Source: a virus
DNA length: 64,000 bases
Virus record (IMG/VR): IMGVR_UViG_3300044729_003379
Span: 9,727-73,726 of that record
Direction: 5' to 3' (one strand)
A program made the position numbers and the translations under genes. The notes under the pieces are model-generated. The model was not told the origin of the DNA and did not search any database. It saw only the letters and a list, made by a program, of their open reading frames with translations. How positions within the stretch are numbered: position 1 is the stretch's first letter; every line of letters starts with the position of its first letter. Below, one piece after another: positions 50,135-59,421 of the stretch.

Positions 50135-51436
50135 ATGCTCACGAATAAATTAGATAATCCAAACTATCGAGCCAAGATCGTTAAGATTGATCGACTTGAG
50201 CCTCATCCAAATGCAGATAAACTGCAAATTACTGTTGTAGATTTCCAACGCATTATTGTTGGAATTGATACAAAGATTGGTGATTTGTTTGTATATTTTC
50301 CATTAGAGTCTCAGATTAATGATGAATTTATTTCATTTTTTAATGGGTATTCTGATGCAGAATCTAATTTGGATAAAACCAAGAAGGGATTCTTTGGAAA
50401 GAAGGGAAGAGTTAAGGCGACCAGACTGAGGGGAGAAATTAGCGAGGGATACCTTCATCCCCTTTCTTCTTTCAATACATTTCTTGCCGAAAAAGGCGTC
50501 AAATTCCAAGCTACCGAAAATAATATTGGAACCGAATTTGATTCAGTTGGTGACTTGTTGATTTGCCAAAAATATATCATCAAACAAAAAGGAGAACCGG
50601 GATCAAGAAAACAAAAAGAAGCAAAGGTCTTAGAAAGACTTGTCGAGGGTCAGTTGCGTCTTCACGCAGATACAGAAGCCCTTAAAAAGAATATGCATAA
50701 GATTAATCCTGATGATTTTATTTCAATTTCTTATAAAATGCATGGGTGTAATTTTACTTTTGCAAAAGTTCTTTGCAAAAAGAAGTTGAACATTTTCGAG
50801 AAGATTCTCAAAAAATGCGGCGTTAATATTGTTGATAAAGAATACGATTGGTGTGCTGCGAGCCGCAGGGTCGTGAAAAATATCGAAGGAGAAAAAGAGC
50901 ATCAACACTTTTATTCTTATGATGTTTGGACAGAAGCGATGCACAAAATCAAAGACAAAATCCAAAATGGATACACTTTGTATGGAGAGATTGTTGGGCA
51001 TCTTCCCTCTGGATCAGCAATTCAGGGATTATATGATTATGGTTGTAAACCAAATGAATACAAAATCTTTGTGTTCAGAATAACTTATACGACGCCTGAT
51101 GGCAGCGTGATTGAACTTACCCGCCCTCAAATCGATAGATATTGTGCCAAATATGAACTAGAGACCACCCCTCTTTTTTACTACGGTCGCGCAGAGGGGG
51201 TTTATCCCGAACTGGATGTAAAAGAACATTGGCACGAAAACTTCTTAAACAATCTTATTAGAGATTATAATGAGAAGGACTGCTTCATGTGCCGCAATAA
51301 AGTTTCAGAAGAAGGGGTGGTATTGGCAAAAGACGGCTTGACATTTGAAGCTTTCAAGCTTAAGAGTATTAGATTTCTTGAAGAAGAAACAAAGCTACTA
51401 GATAAGGAACAAACAAATATCGAAGATGAGAATTGA
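50135..51436 (+). CDS. RNA ligase (DRB0094/Rnl5-like)
   Basis: N-terminal PHPNADKL OB-like domain and LRGEISEG; motif I KMHG.N, III YGEI, IIIa FVF, IV EGVV, V FKLKS. Confidence 0.85.
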   Translation: MLTNKLDNPNYRAKIVKIDRLEPHPNADKLQITVVDFQRIIVGIDTKIGDLFVYFPLESQINDEFISFFNGYSDAESNLDKTKKGFFGKKGRVKATRLRGEISEGYLHPLSSFNTFLAEKGVKFQATENNIGTEFDSVGDLLICQKYIIKQKGEPGSRKQKEAKVLERLVEGQLRLHADTEALKKNMHKINPDDFISISYKMHGCNFTFAKVLCKKKLNIFEKILKKCGVNIVDKEYDWCAASRRVVKNIEGEKEHQHFYSYDVWTEAMHKIKDKIQNGYTLYGEIVGHLPSGSAIQGLYDYGCKPNEYKIFVFRITYTTPDGSVIELTRPQIDRYCAKYELETTPLFYYGRAEGVYPELDVKEHWHENFLNNLIRDYNEKDCFMCRNKVSEEGVVLAKDGLTFEAFKLKSIRFLEEETKLLDKEQTNIEDEN

Positions 51437-51728
51437 ATTGCCAAAGTTATTTGAAGAACCCGTTTTCGTTGACTTTGATGTTGATGAAAAGAAGAGAAGA
51501 ATTTATTTCACTTGGGATTTCGGAATGACAGAAGATTTTTCACTTGATATGATCTTCTTGGGTATCTACAGAATTGACGACCCGACGAAAAAGGTCATTA
51601 GACTTTGCGAATATGATTTAAACCATGCATTTGAGCATTTGCAAGAAGATCCAAATTATAGAGCTTATCATTGGGCGCTTTATGGAAATCTAAAAGATAG
51701 AAAGTGGATTAAGAATGATTCCCTATAA
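51426..51728 (+). CDS. Hypothetical protein
   Basis: Coupled ORF. Confidence 0.55.
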   Translation: MRIELPKLFEEPVFVDFDVDEKKRRIYFTWDFGMTEDFSLDMIFLGIYRIDDPTKKVIRLCEYDLNHAFEHLQEDPNYRAYHWALYGNLKDRKWIKNDSL

Positions 51729-52332
51729 TCAAAAATACTGCATCTTTGACTTCGAAACAGAGGGGTTGAATTTGAAATATAGTCGCCCTTGGGAATTGTC
51801 TTACATTCTAACAAGTGGATCGAAAGTAGAAAAACAGGAACAAATCTACATCGATATTCCTGATTTAAATTTGTCGAAGGAAATCATTGAACTAACCTCT
51901 TTCGATAAACAAAAATATGAAGCCAAAAAGGTTATTCCAGAAACGGCTTGGAAAAAGTTTTCGAAATACCTCTTTGATCAAGACTACATTTTAGTTGGGC
52001 AAAACATCTTAAGATTTGACGTTTATATGATTAAGATCTTGGCTGATATTGTGAATGAACCTCTGGACTTTTCTTTCATGAACAGAATGCTTGATACCCG
52101 CCCTCTTTACCTTTCTTATAAAGAAGGGTTGGATAGGCCAAAAAACTCTTCTCTTTTAGAGTGGCAATACAAAATTCTTAACGACAGAACCATTAAAACA
52201 AAATCAAGCCAATTAACAATGCTTAAAGCTTTTGGGATAGATTTCGACAAAAATCTCTTGCACGATGCCCTTTATGATTGTAAAATGAGCTTGGAAATTT
52301 TCCTTCAACTTAAAAAAACACTAAAACTATGA
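51715..52332 (+). CDS. DEDDh 3'-5' exonuclease (DNA polymerase III epsilon-like)
   Basis: DFETEG, GQN...FD, LDT and HDALYD motifs. Confidence 0.9.
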   Translation: MIPYNQKYCIFDFETEGLNLKYSRPWELSYILTSGSKVEKQEQIYIDIPDLNLSKEIIELTSFDKQKYEAKKVIPETAWKKFSKYLFDQDYILVGQNILRFDVYMIKILADIVNEPLDFSFMNRMLDTRPLYLSYKEGLDRPKNSSLLEWQYKILNDRTIKTKSSQLTMLKAFGIDFDKNLLHDALYDCKMSLEIFLQLKKTLKL

Positions 52333-52604
52333 CAGTATACGAAGCAAGAAAACAGGGCTACAAAGTTAGAGTTAATCACGTTAGAGACCTAGAGTATATT
52401 CTAGACCCAAATAGTCTAGAGGGACCATACATTAAAGCCTTCCCAGTTGTTTCTCCAAAAGGAGGTAAGACAGTTGTTGAAGTCAGAGACCTAGAAGGTA
52501 ATGAAAAATTTGGAGTAGCTTATTGCCACAAACAAGACAATTATAACAAGAAGATCGGAACCAAATTAGCTCTCGAAAGAGCATTGTCTCCTCTAAACGA
52601 TTGA
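52329..52604 (+). CDS. Small hypothetical protein
   Basis: G.A.C...D.YN..IG..LA..RA motif common in phages. Confidence 0.6.
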   Translation: MTVYEARKQGYKVRVNHVRDLEYILDPNSLEGPYIKAFPVVSPKGGKTVVEVRDLEGNEKFGVAYCHKQDNYNKKIGTKLALERALSPLND

Positions 52605-52607
52605 CGC

Positions 52608-55163
52608 ATGTTTGAAGATTTTTCAGACTACGATGACTGCGAACCCGCTGGACTTGAATTGCCAAAAATTCATTTATCAGATGAAATGCTTCAAAGTCTT
52701 GATTTGCAAAAGGACGCTTCTTCGAAAGAAATCTTGAGCAGATTAATTAGACTTGGCATTCAAAAAAAGGGTATCGATAAACTTCCAAATAAACAAGAAT
52801 ATTTCGCAAGAGCTAAACAAGAGCTAGATACTTTCGAAGAATTGGGTTTTACTGATTATATTCTGTTAAATTGGGATATTGTCAAATTTGCCAAAGAATC
52901 CAACATTCCAGTTGGAGAAGGAAGAGGAAGTGCCGCCGGAAGTCTAGTATTGTATCTTTTAGATGTTGTAGAAAAAGACCCTCTGCAACACAGCCTTTTC
53001 TTTGAAAGATTTGTCAGTAAAAATAGAGCAAAGAAGATAACAGACAAACATGGCAAGGTGTTTCTCGACGGGTCTTTGGCTCCAGACGTAGATACAGACG
53101 TATCTTATGATCAAAGACAATTGGTGATTGAATATATTGAAAATACACATGTAGGAAAAACATCCAAAATCCTTACATTCAACACCCTTTCTTCAAAACT
53201 TCTAATCAAAGAAGCTGTCAAATATTTCGACAATTCTTCAGAAGAAGAGGCAAACAGAATCTCTTCCATGATTCCCAAAGAACATGGCATTGTTTCTTCT
53301 TTACAGAAAGCAAAAGAAACAGAGGGAGAGTTTCAAGAATGGTGCAACAAGAATCTTAAGATTTTTAATATTGCCAAAAAAATTGAAGGCTTAAACAAAA
53401 ATACAGGAGTTCACCCATCCGGTATTGCTATTTGTTCCCAAAACATCAAAAACGTTGTCCCTCTACAATTGACAAAAGAAGGAGAACTGATCTCTGGATA
53501 TGAGATGGATGACGTTGCGGATTTGATGGTTAAGTTTGATATCTTGGGACTTAGAACCCTTACTATCGCAGATAAGTGTTGCGAAAAAATTGGAATAAAA
53601 CTTTCTGATATCGATTCTGAAGACCCATTTATTTATGAAGTCTTACAGGATTTCAATCATCCTTGTGGGTTGTTTCAAATTTCTGCTGACACAAACTTTG
53701 AAGTAACAAGAGCAGTAAAACCTGATAATTTATCAGAACTGTCTGACGTTGTTGCTTTGGCTAGACCGGGAGCGTTGGACTATGTTGATCAATATGTCCA
53801 GAATAAAAATGCGCCTAGAGATCTAGATTTGCATAGAGAGTTGGATGCTATCCTTTCTTCTACAAAAAACACAATTTTGTATCAAGAGCAGTTGATGAAA
53901 ATTGCGAATAAGGTTTTCGGTTTGTCTCTTGAAGATGCCGAAACTTTAAGAAGAATTGTCGGGAAGAAGAAGGTGGACGAAATGCCAGCATGGAGGGATA
54001 AGATTTTTGACGCTGGAGCAAAAAGCGGGTTATCAGATGATATTTGCGAATTCTACTGGAATAGTTTGGAAGCAAGTGCAAATTATAGCTTCAACAAATC
54101 TCACAGTATTTGTTATGCATCTCTTGCTGCAAAAACAGTATATTTAAAATACAAATATCCTCAACAATTTTTCTGTTCAATTTTAGAAGTAGCAGAATTT
54201 GAGCCAGAACCGTTAAAGGTTATTGCCGAAGTTTGTAAAGAACTTCCTTATTTTGGAATTGAATTACTCCCCCCTAGTTTAGAGAAATCGGAAATGAATT
54301 TCTCTATCGAAGATAGAAATATTAGATATGGTCTTTCCTGCATCAAGGGAATCTCCGAAAAGAGTAAAGAGAGGTTGAAAGACTTCATGGAGAAAAAGCC
54401 ATCCAACAAGCTTGAAGTGTTCCAAGCCGCTCATGAGGCAAAGATCAATATCGCCGCCCTGTCGTCACTTATCTACGCAGGAACGCTTGGTCTAGTCAAT
54501 CGTTCGCGAACCGTTCTTGAATCACAGGCTTTTAATCTTCTTACCGAAAGAGAGAAGAGAAACTTCCTCAAATTAGGAGAAAGATATGGTTTTGATATAT
54601 TGAATGCTTACGCTTCCGCACATAAGGATAAAGTAATAGCTGATGATGGCAAACTTCTTATCAAGGATTCAAGATTCGAAACATTCAAATCAAAAATTCA
54701 ACCATTCAAAGAGTTATTTTTTGAGAATAAAAAGCATGAAAAATTATCGATTTGGTGGTTTGAAAAAAGACTCTTGGGGTATTCGTTTACCCACAAGTTA
54801 AAGGATTGTTTCGATTCTATTTCTGATTTGGTTGATTTGAAATCTGCAATAGAAGATAGAAATAGGGAACGATTTAAATTTGTTGCACAAATTGATGATT
54901 TCTTTATTAAGAAGTCTAGAAATGGAGCAAAATATGCAAAGATAGAATTCTCTGATGATTTTGGGTTATTAACCGGACTCATCGGAGATTTTGGTGACAG
55001 AGAAAACTTGACAAACTTCCTTTTATCGAATAAATTAGACAAGGAACAAATCGTTGTAGCGAATGGCTCTTTCTCAAGAGATGGGGAAACAGTTTTTATC
55101 GAAACAATGAGATGTATCAGCGAAAAAGTCTATACCAAATTAAAACAACTGAATGAAAAATAA
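52608..55163 (+). CDS. dnaE: DNA polymerase III alpha subunit lacking PHP domain
   Basis: GRGSAAGSL, FERF, PDVDTD, HPSG, KFDILGL, YQEQ, FNKSH, IRYGL and a C-terminal OB fold. Confidence 0.95.
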   Translation: MFEDFSDYDDCEPAGLELPKIHLSDEMLQSLDLQKDASSKEILSRLIRLGIQKKGIDKLPNKQEYFARAKQELDTFEELGFTDYILLNWDIVKFAKESNIPVGEGRGSAAGSLVLYLLDVVEKDPLQHSLFFERFVSKNRAKKITDKHGKVFLDGSLAPDVDTDVSYDQRQLVIEYIENTHVGKTSKILTFNTLSSKLLIKEAVKYFDNSSEEEANRISSMIPKEHGIVSSLQKAKETEGEFQEWCNKNLKIFNIAKKIEGLNKNTGVHPSGIAICSQNIKNVVPLQLTKEGELISGYEMDDVADLMVKFDILGLRTLTIADKCCEKIGIKLSDIDSEDPFIYEVLQDFNHPCGLFQISADTNFEVTRAVKPDNLSELSDVVALARPGALDYVDQYVQNKNAPRDLDLHRELDAILSSTKNTILYQEQLMKIANKVFGLSLEDAETLRRIVGKKKVDEMPAWRDKIFDAGAKSGLSDDICEFYWNSLEASANYSFNKSHSICYASLAAKTVYLKYKYPQQFFCSILEVAEFEPEPLKVIAEVCKELPYFGIELLPPSLEKSEMNFSIEDRNIRYGLSCIKGISEKSKERLKDFMEKKPSNKLEVFQAAHEAKINIAALSSLIYAGTLGLVNRSRTVLESQAFNLLTEREKRNFLKLGERYGFDILNAYASAHKDKVIADDGKLLIKDSRFETFKSKIQPFKELFFENKKHEKLSIWWFEKRLLGYSFTHKLKDCFDSISDLVDLKSAIEDRNRERFKFVAQIDDFFIKKSRNGAKYAKIEFSDDFGLLTGLIGDFGDRENLTNFLLSNKLDKEQIVVANGSFSRDGETVFIETMRCISEKVYTKLKQLNEK

Positions 55164-57378
55164 ACAAATTGAACTTCTCTTAAATCTTTCCAACGAAACT
55201 GCTGAAAAATATTCTCTTGGAGAAATTGATGAAGATGTTTTTTTTAATTCATTGTTAAACAGTCAAAGTCTTGGCATCGAAAGTATCTTTAAATGTTTAG
55301 AATTAAACTACCAAGATATTGTTAAATTTTCAAAGGCAATTATCTTTGAAAAAGAAATTAAAGGAACAAATAAAGAATTAACACAAAATGTTTTAACTTT
55401 GCTTGAAGAAGCTTTTCGCTTTTCAAAGGAAAGAGAAATTGATATTTGTTTTGTTTCTATGCTTCGTATGTTCTTTTTGCTTGAATATGGTCAGATTGTA
55501 AAAACGATTCTTACCTCAATGAAGAAAGAAGAGGTGGTTGCAGTTTGTGATTCGTTTCTTTATGATGAATCCGATATTTTTCCCATCCAACTAAAGCATA
55601 ATGAAGATGAAATTTCTTTTGGCGATTTTTCAAACAAAATCTTCTTAAAGAAGAATGAAGAAGACCCAATTTTATCAAGATTTGCTGAGAATCTTAATTT
55701 GAAAGCTTTAAATGGAGAGTTCGACAATCTTATTCAGTTCAATGATATTATTGATGAACTAACTACCGTTCTTTGCAAGCAGAAAAAGCCAAATGCAATT
55801 CTAATTGGACCTGCTGGTGGAGGAAAAACAAGTAATGTCGAATTGCTTGCTAAAAAAATAGTAGAAGGAACTGCACCAGAACTTCTTTTAGACAAAGTTA
55901 TTTATAGCGTAAGTCTTTCTGACATGGTTGCCGGGACTCAATTTAGAGGACAGTTTGAAGAAAGATTGAAAGAATTTACAACACACGCAAAGAAGTGTTC
56001 CAATTTGATTTTGTTTATTGATGAAATTCATACATTGGTCGGCGCTGGTGGTTCTCGTCAAAACGATCTTGATGCGAGCAACATCTTGAAACCCGCCTTA
56101 GCTAGAGGGGAAATCTCCTGTATTGGAGCTACAACAATCAATGAATATAACAGGGTTATCAAGAAGGATACGGCTTTAGATAGGCGTTTCGAGAGGATTA
56201 TTGTAAATCCCCCTTCTTTTTATAAAATGCAAGAGATTTTGCCACAAATAATCTCTTTCTATGAAAAGTTCCATAGCACTAAATATTCAAAGGAATTTGT
56301 GGAAAACCTGATTCCAATGTGCGAGAAATATATGCCTAATCGACATTATCCAGACAAAGCTGTTGATATTATTGATTATTGTGGAGCATTGGCTAAGGTT
56401 GATTTTTGGAGACTTTCCCCGGAAATCAAAGAAATGGCTGAAACTGCCCAAAAGACAGGAAAAGAAGAAGATGCTCTAAAGCTTGAAGAAATGATGAACA
56501 AGTGGGGTGAGAAAATGATTTTTGACGAATCAGAAGTTACAATAGACGTTTTAAGAGCTTATTTTGATAAAAAGGTAAACTTCCTACATCAAAAAGAAAA
56601 CATCAAGAATCTCCCTTCTTTCTTAAAGGAAAGGATCGTTGGTCAAGACTCTTTTATTGATACATTTATTAAAAACCTCAACACATCAAGTTTGGGAATT
56701 GAAGCCCTAAATAAGAATAAGGCTCCGACTGTATTTTGTATATATGGTGAAAAGAATAATGGTAGATCGTTTTTTTGCTCAACCATTGCAGATTTCATCA
56801 AAATGAACAATGGCCTCGTCTTTGAATATAACGGTCTTGAATTTGATGCCATAGAAAAGGTTATTTCATCTGACGCAGATGGAAATTCTCTTGCCCAAAG
56901 AGCATCGATTTCCCCAAATAGCGTAATAATCATTGACGACTTTGACAAAATCAACGAAAAACAATGCGGAGTTGGGTTTAGACAAATCTTCAAAGAAGGA
57001 AGGATAACAAAGAGTGATGGTGAAATTTCAGATTTTTCAAATATGATATTCATTATTTCTGCTCCTTCCAAGTCTTCTGGACTTCTTGGATTTGGTATTG
57101 AGAACAAAAATGATCAAGTAATGATTGATCAAGATTTGAGTAAATTTGTTTCTTATCAGATTAAGTTAGAAAACATTTCACTTGAATCCTTGAGAAAAAT
57201 AGCAAGTGATTCTCTTACCAGAATTTCAAAAAATCTTGCGGAAAAAGGAATCTCCTTTTGTTATCCAACTCTTCAAGAGATTGAGGCAATTTCTGAACAA
57301 GCTTTTATTACAGAAAATAAAATAAAAACCTTGGAAAATAAGATTCAAGAACTTCTTAGAGAAAGAGGATTAATCTAA
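55153..57378 (+). CDS. ClpA/ClpC-like AAA+ chaperone
   Basis: D1 Walker A GPAGGGKT, AGTQFRGQFEER, FIDEIH, LKPALARG, GATT, RRF and PDKA.D; degenerate D2. Confidence 0.9.
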   Translation: MKNKQIELLLNLSNETAEKYSLGEIDEDVFFNSLLNSQSLGIESIFKCLELNYQDIVKFSKAIIFEKEIKGTNKELTQNVLTLLEEAFRFSKEREIDICFVSMLRMFFLLEYGQIVKTILTSMKKEEVVAVCDSFLYDESDIFPIQLKHNEDEISFGDFSNKIFLKKNEEDPILSRFAENLNLKALNGEFDNLIQFNDIIDELTTVLCKQKKPNAILIGPAGGGKTSNVELLAKKIVEGTAPELLLDKVIYSVSLSDMVAGTQFRGQFEERLKEFTTHAKKCSNLILFIDEIHTLVGAGGSRQNDLDASNILKPALARGEISCIGATTINEYNRVIKKDTALDRRFERIIVNPPSFYKMQEILPQIISFYEKFHSTKYSKEFVENLIPMCEKYMPNRHYPDKAVDIIDYCGALAKVDFWRLSPEIKEMAETAQKTGKEEDALKLEEMMNKWGEKMIFDESEVTIDVLRAYFDKKVNFLHQKENIKNLPSFLKERIVGQDSFIDTFIKNLNTSSLGIEALNKNKAPTVFCIYGEKNNGRSFFCSTIADFIKMNNGLVFEYNGLEFDAIEKVISSDADGNSLAQRASISPNSVIIIDDFDKINEKQCGVGFRQIFKEGRITKSDGEISDFSNMIFIISAPSKSSGLLGFGIENKNDQVMIDQDLSKFVSYQIKLENISLESLRKIASDSLTRISKNLAEKGISFCYPTLQEIEAISEQAFITENKIKTLENKIQELLRERGLI

Positions 57379-58020
57379 TTCTCCCCTTTTTCTCAAAAAT
57401 CCTAAATAATGAATAATATCTCCATGAGAATTCATTACAGGAAAACAGTGAGATTCTAACAATAGAACGTCTCCATCAACCGTTTCCATGATAATATCAA
57501 AAGATATTTCCCTTCCTTCTTCAAAAGCCCCCTCCCAATTTTCTTGAATTTTTTGGGTAAAACGTTTCCATCCAAATCCCATTAATTCTTCTTTGCTGCA
57601 ACCAATCATCCGACAATAACATCTATTTACTGCAAAAATAAAGCCATTTTTATTACATTTAAATATAGCTTTATCTCCATTTTCATTTGCAATATTCATT
57701 TCCATTTCAATAATTGAAATTTTGGAATCAATTCTATTAATTGAATCTTTAATAGAGTGACCATGATTTGGTTGGAATTCTTTTGAAATAATATCAATAG
57801 ATGTAAATACATCTTTTAAATATGCAACCCCTTTATTTAATGAAGTTAAAATTGGAAAGAATAGTTTACTCCATATAAAAAAAATAGCAGTAAAAGTTGT
57901 TGAAATTAAAATAATAGATTTAGAAATAGCATCAATACTCATTTCATATATAAAATATTGTGCAAAAACCATTGCTGCTAAAATTATTATAAAAATAAAA
58001 ATTAAAATGCTATTTCTCAT
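57370..58020 (-). CDS. Membrane protein with C-terminal PAS domain
   Basis: Two TM helices, PNHGHSIKDSINRID linker, PAS pattern IF....G....VN..YC.M.G...EEL.G.GW. Confidence 0.7.
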   Translation of the reverse strand: MRNSILIFIFIIILAAMVFAQYFIYEMSIDAISKSIILISTTFTAIFFIWSKLFFPILTSLNKGVAYLKDVFTSIDIISKEFQPNHGHSIKDSINRIDSKISIIEMEMNIANENGDKAIFKCNKNGFIFAVNRCYCRMIGCSKEELMGFGWKRFTQKIQENWEGAFEEGREISFDIIMETVDGDVLLLESHCFPVMNSHGDIIHYLGFLRKRGELD

Positions 58021-58036
58021 TTTGTAAATTTACACG

Positions 58037-58069
58037 AAAAAAGGGAGGCTTTTGCCTCCCATTTTTTTT
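58037..58069. terminator. Rho-independent terminator (bidirectional geometry)
   Basis: A6-GGGAGGC-tttt-GCCTCCC-a-T8. Confidence 0.8.
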
Positions 58070-58092
58070 GTCTTTAATTATTTTTGTTTTTG

Positions 58093-58305
58093 TTAATTAA
58101 CACGAACAGTCTTTCCAGCAACAGTAATAGAATGAATCGAATTCTTAGAAAGTTTACGAACTTGATCTGAATTTCGATCCCAGACGTTAACATATGCAGG
58201 AGTAACACTCACAAGTTGAGCATTAATATTTTCACCCTTAATGGTTTCGATTCCGAAGAAACGCCCACGAAGGCCCGACAGTGTATTTTGCAATTGATTT
58301 CTCAT
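58093..58305 (-). CDS. Small hypothetical protein (possible Sm/SH3-like barrel)
   Basis: 70 aa; own promoter TTGACT-16-TATAAT and own terminator. Confidence 0.6.
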   Translation of the reverse strand: MRNQLQNTLSGLRGRFFGIETIKGENINAQLVSVTPAYVNVWDRNSDQVRKLSKNSIHSITVAGKTVRVN

Positions 58306-58359
58306 ATGTAAATATTATAGCATGTCTATGTAGAAAGTCAAGCGATTTTTGACAAAATT

Positions 58360-59190
58360 TTAGTTTACAAGAGCAATGCTAAACTCAGCATCAACATGTC
58401 CATTATTTGCATTAGCTGAAACAATATCTAATTTAATATCTGTTTTTGGAAGAAGCTTAATAGGAAAGGTAAGAAATCTTTCTACAGCGTCCGTAGTTCC
58501 AAAAGCATTTGAAGTTTGAGTTCTAAAGATTTTGCCAAATTCCCTTGTTTTTATTTTAGCATTAAAATTATGAGAAGAACTGCCATCAAAATGAGCAGAC
58601 ATTCCATAAGAAACTAAATAGCCTGTATAATTAGCGGGAATAGTATAAACAGCCATTAATGATTGGTTATCATTTGCATTAATTAGTAAGTAATTATAAA
58701 CGACATTTCCACTTGGATGAATATTAACATTGCCAAGAAAATTAGTAGAACTATTATTATATGCTCCAAAAACTCTTGCCCACTTACCTATGGTATTTAC
58801 ATAGCCTGTTCCATTTAAATTTCCTGTCCAAGATTTTATTAAAAAGTTCTCATCCAAACCTTCTATTACTACTTGTTGCGTATCTGCATTGTTTGTAGAA
58901 TGTATTTGAATACCCGTTCCTACATCTGGAGGAAATACATACGAAGAAGAACCTAACCAAACAGTTTCTGGAGAAGAATCAGAAGCAGAACTATCTACAT
59001 CTTCATTGCATCCAAGTTGTCTTACAAAAGCAGACGCCGATTCAATTGCTGATTGAGAATTTAAGTTTGTTTGTTTTGTTTGTGGAACCCATTTTTCAAG
59101 TTGTTTGTCATAAATATAATTAAAAGGAATATTATTATTCCTATTAGGGCTAATTTCCCAAGCATCTTCTATATCAATAGGGATTGACAT
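58360..59190 (-). CDS. Putative virion structural protein
   Basis: G.N.DVD....ETVW....Y..P pattern; GTGTAA motif 14 nt upstream. Confidence 0.5.
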   Translation of the reverse strand: MSIPIDIEDAWEISPNRNNNIPFNYIYDKQLEKWVPQTKQTNLNSQSAIESASAFVRQLGCNEDVDSSASDSSPETVWLGSSSYVFPPDVGTGIQIHSTNNADTQQVVIEGLDENFLIKSWTGNLNGTGYVNTIGKWARVFGAYNNSSTNFLGNVNIHPSGNVVYNYLLINANDNQSLMAVYTIPANYTGYLVSYGMSAHFDGSSSHNFNAKIKTREFGKIFRTQTSNAFGTTDAVERFLTFPIKLLPKTDIKLDIVSANANNGHVDAEFSIALVN

Positions 59191-59244
59191 AAAAATCTTT
59201 ACACTTTTATTTGAAATTAAGAAAATTGTCTCATATAATTAGAC

Positions 59245-59421
59245 ATGAGCGGAAAAAGAGGTAAAGAAATTAAAAAAATCATAGGTTTTGATAAAACAAA
59301 TCCTCTTTTAAAGAGAGTTTATAAAAGACTCAAAAAGCACTATAATAAAATTCCTGCCAAGCAAAAAAGATTTTTCCTTGACAATTTATCAAACAATGCT
59401 ATAATCAACACATATGAGTGA
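59245..59421 (+). CDS. Small basic hypothetical protein (58 aa, not in ORF track)
   Basis: MSGKRGKEIKKIIGFDKTNPLLKRVYKRLKKHY...; TTGAAA-17-TATAAT 5 nt upstream. Confidence 0.6.
   Translation: MSGKRGKEIKKIIGFDKTNPLLKRVYKRLKKHYNKIPAKQKRFFLDNLSNNAIINTYE

Noticed and set aside
50105-50135. Second attC remnant (TTTTGGAAC-ATCAA) complementary to the GTTCCAG end at 48605
   Set aside because: Only a short match with no hairpin arm; insufficient evidence
31907-55163. Inteins or introns in nrdA, dnaB or dnaE
   Set aside because: Proteins are of compact length with no C...HN splice motifs or homing endonuclease inserts
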